Below, piece after piece: positions 1 through 13,770 of a stretch of 64,000 bases of DNA. The notes beneath the pieces were generated by a model. It saw only the letters and a list, made by a program, of their open reading frames with translations, ran no database searches and was not told the DNA's origin. A program made the position numbers and the translations under genes. Location of the stretch: assembly GCF_036365525.1 (NCBI RefSeq), contig NC_090404.1, positions 40,047,497 through 40,111,496 of the forward strand. The letters are read 5' to 3'. Source of the DNA: Heterodontus francisci. Taxonomy: Eukaryota. How positions within the stretch are numbered: position 1 is the stretch's first letter; each line of letters opens with the position of its first letter.

Positions 1-400
1 TGCTCGCTTTTAATTCAGATCAACAAAGGGCCGCTTTTCAATTCATTGAAATTAGCCCACCTCCAGTTGAGTATTTTATACTTTATTATTCATTGCCCTT
101 TTCCACAAATATTCTAAACCTTATGATATTGTGACCACTGATCCACTACTGCTCTCCCACTGAAACATGCTCCACTTGCCCCATTTCTTGTCAAAGAACC
201 AGTTGCAACGCTGCTTCTTCCTTGTTGAGTTGAAAATACAGTAATCAAGAAAGTTCTCTTGCACACATTTCATAAATTCCTCGCCCTCTTTATCCGTTAT
301 ATTGTTACTATCCCAGTCTATATTAGGCGATTTAACGACCTCTTGCTCTCCATTCAGTAGTACTTGCATGGTTTTGTAATTGCCTGAAAATTTGCTCTGA
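1..400 (-). mobile_element. Degenerate CR1 LINE fragment (endonuclease region)
   Basis: ORF 121..414: PNIDWDSN...EFMKCVQENFLDY, matching the CR1 ORF2 endonuclease motif DFNxPxIDW...FxxCVQExFL. Confidence 0.75.
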
Positions 401-401
401 A

Positions 402-3400
402 TGTTGGAAAGCATGGAAAATTAGGAACTGTAGAGATTTGGGAGTCAAGCATAGAATTAAAACAAAAGTTATTAGACAGGTGGAGAAAACACTTAAACTA
501 GTTAATAGAACATTGGCCATTTCTCAACAGGGCTGAAATATAAAGGGGTGGGGAGAAGACATTATTCCTTAGTTTTACAGACCCTTGCAGGAAGTATTGG
601 TGCACCGGGGAGAATAGCTATAGTAAGCGTTTAAAATACATATCCACATATTACTACTCATTGTGTAATGGCTAAACTATGTCAGACCTGGGGTATTGGA
701 GACAATAGTCTCCAAGTGGGACCAGTAGGAAAATATTAGTCGATTATTTAGCATCATGATACGTTAACAGTCTTAGAAGGAAGATGCAAGCACTGTTGTT
801 TTGATAAAACCAGGGCATGATGGGATACATGGCAATGTTTATGGAAAGCTGCACAACTTAGAAGTCTAATTGCCTTTACATCTGTGTAAACATAGCGTCC
901 TTGAGACAAAGCAGGAGACACAGGATATTATAGACAATGAAATACCAAGCCTCAAGAATGGGGAGGAGGCAACGGGGGATGATTGGTAAGAAAATATACT
1001 TAGTTTATTGATCAAGCTGCAGCTTTGGAATGTGTTGGGGGCAGGGGGTGGGGGCGGTATGTGGACAAATGAGTAATGGTTATTGTACTCTGTAAATTTG
1101 TATTACAGACTCTGTTTCATTGAGAAGCCTCTGGATGTTTCACCTGACACTTCTCCCTTACTCCCTTTATTTATTTTAATCCTGTGGACTTGAGACATGT
1201 TATTTTCTCCACAGTAATTTGGGGCAGTCGGCAGGATCCCCAAGGCTCAGTCATGGTGCCCGGTCGAATGTTGGCCTCAGAGAGTGGGTGAGTATATTTA
1301 CTTTACCACCCATTCGATAGGGAGGTCGGCGTTCGGGATAGGAGGCTAGCGGGCCAATTTGAGGATCCGAACCAAAGGATAGGCCCATGGGTGGAGTAAC
1401 CTAAGGCAGCGCAGCGCCATTATCGTGATACGTCGGGTAAACGAGGAGGTAATATCGTTCTCGGGGTTAACCAAGTGAAGGGTAGTGAGGGGTCCGCACC
1501 CACACAAAATAGTAAGTAAGAACCTTCAGAGAGCAAATGAGAGGTCCGTTTCCCACGTAGGAACGATCGTACGGGAGCGAGAGGTCCATACCCACACAAA
1601 TAGTAACAATAGTCAGACTATAAAACATCAGCCATGGCAAATAAGGATCCAGAGTAGGAACCTGAAGGGTCGCTCACCGAATTTCTGGCAGCCAAAAACA
1701 AGGAGAACTTTAGATAAAATGAGCAGGAAGGTTGGGATCCCTCGAGGACCCTGATAAGTGGAAAGAATGGTGGAAAGAACAGACAAAACGCAATAAGTAT
1801 ATTATGCAAGTGCTATCTTACCATGTGTCAGTCTGGAAAGTCTGAATTAGCTCGGCTAGCTCAGGAAAAGAGACAGGTCACACGTGTTAGAAGGGTGAGA
1901 GCTGAGGTGGGAAAGTGAAAGGTATCAGGCTGAGGTAAGAGGGACAATTTAAGCTGGATGTTTTAGTGAAATTTAAAAGTCAGCAAAAAGAAGTTACTGT
2001 TTCTTTGTTCGATTCTGCATGAATGCTGGAAGCTTCCAATGTCTGTGTAGTTGTGTGATGTGGAGCTGACGTCGTTAACTCTTTGTTGTCCAGCTTAAGT
2101 GTTGAAAGTATAAGTCTGTTACTTGTTCTCTTGTTTTATTATTGCAGATGTATATTTTTGTGGGAACCTTGAGTCATGTTTTAGGTGTAAACTAGTTGAT
2201 GTGTGTTTTCCATCGGCTGGGAACTGGGAATTTAATGCAGATTTTTGGTACTTTGAATTCATAACCCATTACAGTAATCAATTTTTCTAAGTTGTTTGGA
2301 ATTGAATAGTGTGAAGGTGATTGTTGAGTGTGTTCGGTTTCAAGTTAAGACTGTGCACCCGGAAATGGGCTATAAAAATTTAATTATATTTTAAATTAAA
2401 GTTTTTATTTTTATTTTAAAAGTTGGTTTTGCAGCTGTGAAAAGGCAATGAACAATTTTCTAAGAGATAAGCTTCAGTCTTGAATGTCTGAAGATGTCTG
2501 GCAGATATCCAATTTGAAGTTTAAAACACTATTTTAATTGGATCTAACATCAGTGATTGAGAAAATATTGGAACAAAATTCTGAGGGACAGGATTAATCT
2601 CCACTTGGAGAGGTAGAGATTAATCAGGGATAGACAGTATGACTTTGTCAGGGGGAGATCGTGTCCAACTAACTTGATTGATTTTTTTGAGGCGGTGGCT
2701 AGATGTGTAGATGAGAGTAAGGCAGTTGATGTAGTCTACATGGACTTCAGTAAGGCTTTTGATAAGGTTCGCATGGGAGATTGGTTAAGAATGTAACAAC
2801 CCATGGGATCCAGGGCAATTTCGTAAACTGGATCAAAAATTAGCTGAGTGGCAGGAGGCAGAGGGTAATGGTCGAAGGGTGTTTTTGCGAGTGGAAGGCT
2901 GTGACCAGTGGTGTCCCACAGGGATCACTGCTGGGACCCTTACTGTTTGCAGTGTACATTAATGATTTAGACGTGAATATAGGAGGCAAGATAAGTAAGT
3001 TCGCAGATGACACGAAAATTGGTGGTGTCATAAATAGTGGGAAGGAAAGCCTTAGATTACAGGACGATATTGATGGCAGGAGCAGTGGCAAATAGAATTT
3101 AATCCTGAGAAATGTGAGCTGATGCATTTTGGGAGGACGAACAAGGCAAGGGAATATATAATGGATGGTAAGACCCCCGGAAGTACAGAAGGCCAGAGGG
3201 AACTTGGCGTAATTGTCCAAAGATCACTGAAGGCAGCAGCACAGGTAGATAAGATGGTTAGGAAGGCATATGGGATACTTGCCTTTATCAGCCGAGGCAT
3301 AAAATATAAGAGCAGGGAGGTTATGATGGAGCTGTATAAAACACTAGTTAGGCCACAGCTGGTGTATTGTGTACAGTTCTGGGCACCACGCTGTAGAAAG

Positions 3401-5800
3401 GATGTGATTGCACTGGAGAGGGTGCAGATGAGGTTCACCAGGATGCTGCCTGGGCTGGAGCATTTCAGCTATGAAGAGAGACTGAAATGGCTAGGGTTGT
3501 TTTCCTGAGAGCAGAGAAGGTTGAGTGGGGACAGGATTGAGAGATACAAAATTATGAGGGGCATTGATAGGTTAGATAGGAAGGGACTTCTTCCCTTAGT
3601 CAATAACCAGGGGACATAGATTTAAAGTAAGAGGCAGGAGGTTTAGAGGGGATTTGAGGAAAACAATTTTCACCCAGAGGGTGGTTGGAATCTCGAAAGC
3701 ACTGCCTGAGGTGGTAGAGGCAGGAATCCTCACAACCTTTAAGAAGTATTTAGACGAGCACTTGAAACGCGATAATATGCGAGGATACGGACCAAGTGCT
3801 GGAAAATGGGATTAGAATAGTTTGGCGCTTGATGGCCAGCACGGACACGATGGGCCGAAGGGCCTGATTCTGTGCTGCATAACTCTATGAGTGTATGACT
3901 CTATGGACGGAATTTTAAAATCGGTTCTTGTTTTATTTTGCAATTTAAATTAAAGGCATGCCTTAGTGACTGTTTTTAAGTAACAAATGTCATGAACTGG
4001 ATATTGGTTTAAGGGAGAGAAGGATAAACAAAGGAGATATGGGAAAGATTCTGTCTGTTTAAAGTTTGTTTAAGTAGCTGGTGTTAAATCTTTTGTTTTA
4101 AGAATGTGAAATTTTAAAAGAGCACGTATTTTATGTGTAGTTAATGAGCATTGGTTTGAATTAAGTTGTAATTATGAAGGTTAATGGACCTGTTATGTTG
4201 GGAAGACTGGAATTCCATTAATGGCCTTCCAGAGATAAAGCTCGCTCATAAATAACATTGGCAGTTTTGACTTTAAATTGTTTAGTGCTGCGAATTGGAA
4301 TTTGGAATCATCTTTGTTGCATTAAAAATTGCATGAGGTAGGAGCCTCTTACAAAATGTTAAAAGTTGGGAAACAATTGGAGTTTAATCTAAAACGCTGT
4401 CTTCCCTGACAGAGATGTTTTGAAGTTTAATGGGAAAATCAAATTTAGACAAACTAAGAAAAAAACAACATAAAAAAACATTCTAGTCAGTTTCTCTGAA
4501 TATAGAGAAATATTCTAGGGAACAAATCAATGGAATGAAGAAAAACTTGTCACCCAAGCAACACTGTTATTTGACTTTGGAATAACTCAGATGCAAAATG
4601 TTACTGTCATTTAGAAAGTTACTTTTAAGAAACTAAAATGTCATCTAAGATAAAGAACAAACAAATAGACGAAGGACACAAAGGAAAAGGCAACTGTGCA
4701 CTTTGTCATGAGCACACAAGGCCAAGAGAGTGGGTGCATGGTGCTAGCAGTCATGAGGAAAGATAAATGATCTCAGAAGGTCGGCAGTAAATAATTTGGG
4801 GTTGTTTTATCATTTTAGAGAACTGTCTTGAGCAGACATAGACAGGAGTCAGAGAAGGGTTAGGAGAAGTTAAATTGGAAGCACCACAGTAAATTAAAAT
4901 GCTGTCAGAAAAGATGAAAAGGAAGGAAATTTGTGTGTGCATAAGTTTCTGTTCGTGTATTATATTAGTGTACTGTGATTTCCTTGTCGGCCTGTGTTAG
5001 CTTTGTCTGTGTCATCAAACTAATGGTTTATTAACCCTCAGTGGCCTGGTCTACATGATGTTCTAAAGTTTTGATATCTCCATAAGTTGATGACAAGCTG
5101 TAAAAGTACACACTTTGTTTTGGCAAGGGGAGTGAGAGAAGGTTTACATTAAGGTGAGGGGGGGGAGGGGGGGTTCACAATAGGTAATGATACTCGGAAC
5201 TGTCAATTCGATTTTTCCTGTGGTTGAAAACTCGACCACCCTTTCCTTCCCCCATGCCTGTGAGAGGCCGCTGTTTGAAGTTTAGCAGATTTAAATGAAG
5301 GACCAAGACTACTGATGCATTTTATTTCCTTTCTTTTATTTCTTACATCTTAAGTTAAGATGTATGAGTATTACACAAATTGTGTGGATAATGTATGTGT
5401 GTAAGTCTTGATATGCTTTCTTCCCTCAAGGGTGCTTGTGCAAAAGGAGTGTCAGCACATTTTTTGAAAAGAAGGATGTCACAATGAGGAATATGAGTTG
5501 GATAAAAGGAAGGTGTCAACAAACTAAATGTTTAAGTTATAAGATTCGATTTGAGATTTCTGGCCAAGAATCATATCCCGACTGTATTTTGATAAATGCG
5601 GGAATTTTAATTCAGATATAAATTCACGCATGTGAGAATAGGGTAATGTTTAATGTCGGATACTGATAATTGGGAAATGTCTTATTTGTCTGAAAAGTAT
5701 GAGCTTAGACTACTCCATAGCGCATGGTTTGTTCCGTCTTCATAGGTAAAGGGCTGGTGACATCATCACTGGTCCATCCCAGAACATTCGCCCCACCCAC
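402..5800 (+). mobile_element. Degenerate endogenous retrovirus/LTR element: putative 5' LTR 402-1213, tRNA-Ser PBS 1220-1237, leader, broken gag-like remnant and AT-rich internal region
   Basis: TG...CA-bounded block followed 6 nt later by TGGGGCAGTCGGCAGGAT (16/18 match to the tRNA-Ser PBS TGGCGTAGTCGGCAGGAT), splice donor GG|GTGAGT near 1289, disrupted ORF from ATG 1634. No matching 3' LTR found, so the right end is uncertain. Confidence 0.55.
2550..3905 (+). mobile_element. 5'-truncated CR1 LINE (RT C-terminal half + 3' tail) nested in the ERV-like region
   Basis: GVPQGSLLGPLLF, KFADDTK, LYKTLVRPQLVYCVQFW motifs; ends in an ACTCTATG-type microsatellite tail. Confidence 0.92.
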
Positions 5801-6724
5801 TTTCAGACCATCAGAAAGTTAACCCTTTCCACCAGCAGTTTAAGCTGACCATACAACTTTCAAAATCTATTGCAACAGCATTGCTGACAGCTTCAGGAAT
5901 TTGATTAGATATCTGCAATGAATTGAAGATGATGAATTAAATTACATTAATTTGAGTTGGCATTCTAACCTGAAATTTAAAGAGATTCCAGGAAAACAAT
6001 AAAACCACACACAGTCTTGGTGGTTTCTGCTTGGACGACATATGAAAACAACATCACTGTGTGTCAGCTCGGAGGTTTGGTACAGGTATATCCTGAATAG
6101 AATACTCTTAAAGTGATGGGATCGATATTTTATTTTCCAGGAATGCCGCACAGGATGACACCACTCCCAGGGTCTCAAGTCAAACCACATGACTGACATT
6201 CTGTTTCTGCCAACAGGAGGGTCAGCAGCAGATCTCTCAACTATTTTGTTTCAGGTAAACCTCCAGAGCAATGGCAGCCCGGTGGGTAGCAGTAAAGGTG
6301 ATCATCCTCCTGGTAACAGTGGCAACATGGGAGGCACCCACCATAAATATCCACAGAAGCACTTGCCTGCATTCAGGACAGTACTCAAAACTACTGAAAG
6401 GAGGGAGCAACTCGAGGGTGTCCAACACCGTAGTGAACATCACGGCAGGATGGACTAATCTGCCTCCATTTGTTTGTGAACTCAAAAGGAAGGACCTGTG
6501 ACATGTTGGCTCAGGACCTGGTAGTTAACGTTGTTTCAGATATTGAGGATATAAGATTTGGTACCCCCATCCCCCACCCCACCCCGCCACATACATCAGG
6601 CTATGAATAGATTAGATCTTATCAATATACATGAGAAAAGACAGCAGCTGGTAGTCACTTATAAACACTTGATATCCTTGTATATTAAGCGGCATTTTAA
6701 TTCATCTTTCCATTATTGTCACCA

Positions 6725-7040
6725 CAACATACCCCCAATACTGCTATTTATGCTTGTAGCTCACTAACCTTATTCACCACACTTTGTGCATTGTAATCCT
6801 GTCACTGCATTCTTCATCGTCCTTTTCATTCTGCTCCCATCCAATACAGAACGATACTCTTCCCTGCTACTGTCTAACACTCTCACAATATGCACCTTAG
6901 TCTTCTTTTCTGTTGCTTTATTTTGGTGCCCATTCCCCTGCCAATCCAGTTTAAACCCTCGCCAATGACACAAATGAATCTCCCCGTGAGGATGTAGGTC
7001 CCAGTCCTGTTGTGGTGCGACCTTTCCCTTTGAATAGGAA
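6725..7040 (-). mobile_element. CR1 LINE fragment (ORF1/ORF2 junction)
   Basis: Minus-strand translation ...RGFKLDWQG... resembles the ORF1 C-terminus of the full-length copy at 57.3-57.5 kb. Confidence 0.6.
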
Positions 7041-7044
7041 TAGT

Positions 7045-7835
7045 AAGTAATATTCACGACACACAAATGCCAGGCAATGACGATCGACAATACGAGAGAT
7101 TCAAACCATCTCTACTTCTTATCCAACAGAATTACCATCGCTGAATCCTCCAGTATCAACATCCTGGGGCTACCATAGATCACAAACTGATCTAGACCAG
7201 CCACATACATACTGTGGCTACAAGAGAAGGTCAGAGGCTGGGAATTCTGTGGCATGTGACCCACCTCCTGACTCCCCAAAGCCTGTCCAATATCGAAAAG
7301 GCACAAGTCAGGAGTGTGATGGAATAATCTCCATTTCCTTGGATGCGTGCATTTCCAACAACACTCAGGAAGCTCAACACCATCCAGGACGAAGCAGCCT
7401 GCTTGATCGGCACCCCATCAACCACATTCAACATTTACTCGCTCCACCATCAACATACAGTAACAGCAGTGTGGACTATATACAACAGGCACTGCAGCAA
7501 CTCACCAAGTCTCCTTCGACAGCACCTTCCAAACCCACGACCTCTACAAACTAGAAAGACAAGGACATCAGACGTGTGGGAGCACCACCACCTGCAAGTT
7601 CCTCTCCAAGCTACACACCATTCTGATTTGGAAATATTACGCTGTTCTTTCTCTGTTACTGGTTCGAAATCCTGGAAATCCCTCCCTAACAGCACGGTGG
7701 GTGTACTTGCACCAGATGAACAGCAGAAATTCAAGAATGCAGCTCACCATCACCTCTCAAAGGAAATAAGGGATGGTCGATAAATGCTGGCCTTACCAGC
7801 AATGCCAACAACCCATGAGACAAGTAAAAAAAAAA
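7045..7835 (+). mobile_element. L2/CR1-clade LINE 3' end sharing its tail with the SacSINE1-type SINE
   Basis: TTLRKLNTIQDEAACLIG...SWKSLPNSTVG...FKNAAHHHL; tail GGGATGGTCGATAAATGCTGGCC...poly-A matches the SINE tail at 7975-8050. Confidence 0.8.
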
Positions 7836-9210
7836 ATCTGTGTCCCCTACTCCTTGTGCCATCAGATATGGGAATAGCTTTTCTCTTTCTGCACTATCCA
7901 AACCGATCAAAATCTTATCCACCGCTGTCAGATCTCCTATCAATCTCCTTTGCTCCAATGAGCACAACTCCAGCTTTTTTAAAAATTCATTCACGGGATG
8001 TGGGCATCGCTGGCTCGACCAACATTTTTTGCCCATCCCTATTTGCCCTTGAGAAACTGAGTGGCTTGCTGGGCCATTTCAGAGGGCATTTTAAGAGTCA
8101 ATAACATTGCTGTGGGTCCAGAGTGACATGTCGGCCAAACCGGATAAGGACGGCAGATTTCCTTCCCTAAAGGACGTTAGTGAACCAGATGGGTTTTTGC
8201 AACAATCGACAATGGTTTCATGGTCACCATTAGACTAGTTATTTTTTTAATTCCAGATATTTTTATTAATTAAATTCAAATCTCACCATTTGCCATGGTG
8301 GGAATTGAACTCATGACCCCAGAGCAATAAATTGGGCCTCTGGCTACTAGTCCAATGACATTACCACGACACCACCACCTACCACTTCACCAACCTAACC
8401 TTGTCGTTAAGTTCCCTCTTCCCTAAAACTATTCTGATAAATATCATCTGCACCCTCTCAAGGACTCGAACATCCTTCCTAAAGTGTGGTGACCAGAACT
8501 GGATATAATTCTCTCGTTGTGGCCTAGCCAGAAGTTTATAAAAGTTCAACATAATCACCATGCTTTTATACTCAATGTTTCTATTTATGAAACTCTAAAT
8601 CCCATTGGCTTTACTAATCACCCTCTCAATACATCCTACCACCTGCAAAGATCGATACACCTGTACCCCCATGTCACTGCCCACTAGTGAAGTCTGTGCC
8701 ATTTAGTCATATTGCCTCTCCTATGCCTTTTTTCCAAAATGCATCACATCACATCTCTGTATTAAATTCCATCTGCCACTTGTCTGTCCATTCTGCCCTC
8801 CTATTGATGTTCTGTTGCAGTTGATTGTCATCATGTTCATTGTCTGTCACACCTCCACGTTTTGTAGCATCAGCAAATGTAGAAAGTTTTACTCTGTATT
8901 CTAATTCCCAAGCCATTTACGTATATAAATAACAGTGCTGCTGGCTCTGAACCTTGGAGAACACCACTGCCTACCATCCACAACTCGATTTTTTCTGTCC
9001 TTGAGGCAATTTTTGATTCAAGCTGACACTGACCCTTCTATTCCATGAGCCTTAGTTTTGGTAACCAGCCTTTTATGTGGTAATTTATAAAAGGCTTTCT
9101 TAAAATCCCCATATAGACAATATGCATTGCTTTCCCTTCATTAACCTTCTCAGTTACGTCATCAAAATATACAATTAGATTAGTAAAGTACGATCTGCCT
9201 TTTACAAATC
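7836..9210 (-). mobile_element. Degenerate CR1 LINE interrupted by the SINE
   Basis: LEQRRLIGDL... and FYKLLARPQRENYIQFWSPHFRKD motifs on either side of the SINE. Confidence 0.8.
7974..8380 (-). mobile_element. Full-length tRNA-derived SINE (SacSINE1/DeuSINE-like) inserted into a CR1
   Basis: Minus strand shows a tRNA-like head (GGTGGTGTCGTGGTAATGTCATTGGACTAGTAGCCAG...GAGTTCAATTCCCACC), a central body, a LINE-derived tail and an A-rich end; CR1 sequence continues on both sides. Confidence 0.8.
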
Positions 9211-10796
9211 TAATGGACGGGAATCTGTTTGCAGCTGGTGAGATTGAAATGCACTAAAGAGTTGTAAAACCAGCTCCAACCAGCAGCTCCGGGTAATATA
9301 TAACTACAGCCCAATGCAAAGCCAGGGTTTAACGACAACTGCTTTAAATGTGGAACACCCATCCTCTTTAGCCTAACATTGCAAAGTATCTGTGCAGAGA
9401 ATGGAGCTTACGCAATGTTGCTTTGCCCCTGATCTTTGAGCTAAGGTGCAGGTGGCAATGTCTCTGACTCAGCCAGCTCAACATCAGCCCACCCGTGGTA
9501 ATCTGACACTGCTACCTGTCGTATAACTGCACTCATTGACTCATCTCCGAGTTTTACTTCCTGAAAGTTATATGAGAATCTCAGACTATAAATAGCCGGG
9601 GACAAACCCGACCTTTGATGTTGCACTCCCACGCTAACAGATGGTTAATAATTTGCACTAGTATTGAAGATAGGAGCATAGGAAATGCGTCGCAGTGACA
9701 TTCCTCTTTCCATTTCTTAATTGGAATGCTCACAAAAGTAAAATAAATTAAATAATGTCTGAATTAAATCAGCAAAAGTGGAAATGCTTCCAAATGCTCG
9801 AAATGCTAATTCACGAACTTCATTAACACTAATATCAGGCGGTGATGTCAGGCAGAATGAATGCTTTTGGTAACAGACATCGAAATCAGACTGAATTAAT
9901 ATCAGTAATAATCAAATGGGAAATAACTGTCACACTGTGAATTCTACCTTGATCGATTAACACTTGCATGCTGCCAGGTTAAGTAAATGACCAAGATTAG
10001 GAATGACAATCCCTACTGGTTAACACCACTTTTGATTTCTTGGTCATTCCCTTGGTGTGAATTCTATCACTGGACCCACATTCCAGCAAATATCGATCAC
10101 AAATACATTTGTTTGAGAAGATTATCGGCAAATGTGCATCAAAGCATTTCCAGACAGTGGTTTAATGCCCATTAATTTCTGGGAAAAATAACGCGAAAAG
10201 GAGCGTAATTTCACGGTTTTCATTCGAAGAGCATGGGCACAGGGCAGCAGCAGAAAATGCACTTTTGACTTTTGCAGAGAGACCAATATTTGTAGGGTAA
10301 CTTTTCAAAATAGGCATTGAGGGCTGATAGACTTGCCTACCATGAAGGGTTCAGAGAGAACTCGCCTCTGCCCTCAAGGGAAAGTTACACATATGCCTTC
10401 CAACGGGAACGTGGTTTGGTCCTTTTCAGGATGTAGTGCATGTTGCTTCAGTCAGAGCGATTGCAGCTGAGTCATTGTGTATTATCCATGAAGATAGACC
10501 AGGAGTATGAACTCCAACAGATGGTTGGAGAGCGCTTGATCAGATAAACACAACTAACAGCTGCTGGAAGACCTTTCGGATACGAAGATCACCTGCCCCA
10601 TTAATCGTAAGGCACATAGTCGGATGAGTAATTCCCCTTCACCAGCAGAGATCCATAATCTGCTAGGTCATGTCACTGTTACACAAAGACAGCCAAAGTC
10701 TCAATGCGAAGTAACGAAATTCGATGATGACATCAAATGAGGAGAATTATGGAATTCGCTAACACAATCAAAGTATTACACAGAGAGCTCTCCCGC

Positions 10797-13770
10797 TATG
10801 AGTCATAGTCATTTACGACCATAATGAGGTCATTCTTCCCATAGAGTCCATGCCAGATTTCTGCAGATCAATCCAGTCATTCCCAGTCCCCTTGTAGACA
10901 AGCTTGGGTTGTTAGATTTTAGTTTAACCTGACCATTTTTATCCTGTATCCACTGGAATGATTAACAAGGTCAAGGAAGCCATTTTGTAATTAACACGTG
11001 ACTAAAGAAGCTACCTTGTGCTCAGTGCTAACATTTGTATCCTGTACTGATTATTAAATTGCTACTCATCATGAAACCAATGATTATTAAAGTGATGAAT
11101 CTTGATTGAGTTATAATTAATGAATCAATCATCATTTTAGAAAGACTGGGTTTTTATTTCAAGTGTGTTAAATCTAGTTACTATGAGTTTCTGTCTCTGT
11201 GTGGGAAAAAGCAGTTTCAGCTAAATGTATTCAAACAATGGACCTTTCCAGATCCCCGATAAAGTCCACTGGATGGCACATCAAGGCCTTCAATTGTCTG
11301 GCTTTAATCAATAGAAAACGTGTTTAATATCAGAATCAGATTTAATATTAAATCATTTCATTCCACTCATGTCCGAGATTCTGAGACCAGGTGGCTGTTA
11401 GGAGAAGGCATCAATAAGAAACAATTAAATTTGCCTAGCAACAGCTAGAGCCAATTATTGTTTTACACGAGCCTGACTCTGAGATGACCTGCTGACCACA
11501 CGGGGGTTAAAAACAGGGGTCTTGTAAGGTTTCGTTGCGCAGAAACACTAGAAAACTTTGGAGATAGAGGCATAAATAATCAGCTAAGTTCTCCATCTGA
11601 AGAGGGATCTAGATGAATGAAGAGGACTGCATCACTTTACAACAAAACTCGACCAGTCCGTGCAACTGCTACAGCTGTAAAGTTATATTCCCAAGTTTGT
11701 TAAGTACTATTTCACCTCCAATTATTAAGTACTATTTTACTGTCAATAGAATTTCTGGACTTAATAATCAAGTATCCTGTTGCTTTAACTGGTAAAGGTA
11801 TTTCCCGAAAAGATTGTCCACAATGGTCTTTCCAGACTTGAGAGAAATTTACATCCTCTGCAATGCCCAGGCCCTGCAAGTTTATTTCCTTCAAGTGACC
11901 ATACAATTTCCTTCTGAAGTTATTGATTGTCTCAGCTTCAACCACCGCCGTGGGCAGTGAGTTCCAGGTCATTATCGCTCACTACGTAAAAGCCTTTTCC
12001 TCAGATTCTCCCTTCAACTCTTGCCCAAAATCTTCGCTCCATGCCCTTTAGTTCTTTTATCATCAATTAATGGGAACAGTTGTTCCTTGTCTAACTTATG
12101 TAAGCTTGTCATAATCTTGTCCACTTCTATCAAATCTCTCCTCAATCTCCTTTGCTCCAAGGAGAACGACCCCAGTTTTTCCAACCTCACCTTTTAGCAG
12201 AATTTCCTCACCTCTGGAAACATTTTGCGAAATCGCCTCCACACCCTTTCAAGGACCTTCGCAGCCCAGTTGTCGCCAAATCCGGAACTTTATAACGGCT
12301 CAGCATAACTTCCCTGTTTTTGTACTCTATAGCTCTATTTATGAAGCCCAAAATCCCACAAACTTTACTAACCACTTTCTCAATGTGTCCTGCTCCCTTA
12401 AAACGCTTTAGAACTATGCCAATAAGTCGATATTGTTTCATCCTATTTCTCCTGCCAAAATGCACAACCTCACACTTGTCCGTATTAAATTCCATCTGCC
12501 ACTTATCTGCCCATTCTAGCAGCCCAGCTATGTCCTGTGTAGTTGATTGTTATCATCCTCACTGTTTTCCACTCCTCCAGGTTTGGTGTCATTAGCATCT
12601 TAAAAATATTCTACTTTGTATTTCCTGATCCAAGTTATTTATAGATAGCAAAAATAAAACAGTGGCCTTAACACTGACCCTTGGGGACACCATTAGCTCA
12701 ACCAGTCTGAATCGTCCTTTACCCCCGGGCATGTAAATATTTCGAATCACATTTACCCGCTTTAATTCCACATCCCTTCAACCCCTTTCCTTTATGCAGT
12801 TATTCAATCTAATCGTGAATGTTGGCATAGTATCTGCTTCAATCACTAATCCAGGAAGTGAATTACACAGCCTGACAACCCTCTGTGTGAAGAAGTCTCT
12901 TCTGCCCTCAGTTTGAAATCCCTTACATATAATATCCTGCTTCTAGATTCCTCAGCGACTGAAATCAGTCTGCTTCTATGTAACCTGTCCCATCTCCCCT
13001 ATCCCATTTCTTCCTAATTTTAATCATGTCTATTATATGGACACATATTCGAAGTTGTTCAAACAAAAAAGGCTCCATTTTCAAGTATTTGCATTTCCTC
13101 ATATCAGGCAACATCCTAGTACAACTTTGAAACCTCATTATCCATAATATACGGTTCGTCAGAATACTGCACATAATACTCTAATTGAAATATATGAAGA
13201 TTTTATATAGGTTCATCATTATCTCTCGTTTTCTCTGTCTGTACCACTTATGATAAAACGTTGGGTCACATTAGCGTTTTAGAGCCTTAGTAACCTGAGG
13301 TGCTTCCTTTAATTTCCACTAAACCTTTTTCCTAAAATCACTCTGCCATTCCACAACACCAAGCTTACTTCAATTCAGAAGATAATTACCGTTTTATTTT
13401 ACAAAAATGCATCAAATCATATTTACTGATATTGACTTCAATTTGCTACTTTTCAGCCGATTCACCATTTTATCACTATCCCTTTGTTCTTCTAAATAAT
13501 TATTTTGGCATTATATTTAAATTTCTTAACACTCTCTTTAGGCCTTGATCTAAATCATTGATGTAAGTGTTCCTAGAACATGAATCCTGTGGGCTGCCAC
13601 TGCCCACTTCCCACCACTGTTAACATAATGAGTTCTCTGTTTTCACTCTTCTAGTCAATTTCAATCCAGTTTACTCTCCTCTCAATTCTAAACTTCTTAA
13701 TCTTTACGTAACGTCAGCTGCAGTAACTTTTCAAAGACTTTCTTAAAATCTACATACATTGCAAACTATG
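10797..13770 (-). mobile_element. Two degenerate CR1 LINE copies (10797-12710, split by the solo LTR, and ~12720-13770)
   Basis: WNSLPTAVVEAETINNFRRKL, MEFNTDKCEVVHFGR and related RT C-terminal motifs. Confidence 0.8.
10893..11853. mobile_element. Solo LTR (~961 bp) inserted in a CR1 3' end
   Basis: Termini TGTAGA...TTTACA, flanks CCCT/TCCT (3/4 TSD); minus-strand CR1 3' sequence is continuous across the removed block. Confidence 0.7.

Noticed and set aside
10630-10740. PSPAEIHN resembling the start of C3 (PSPEEIQN)
   Set aside because: No following Cys/Trp of an Ig fold and no acceptor; likely chance.
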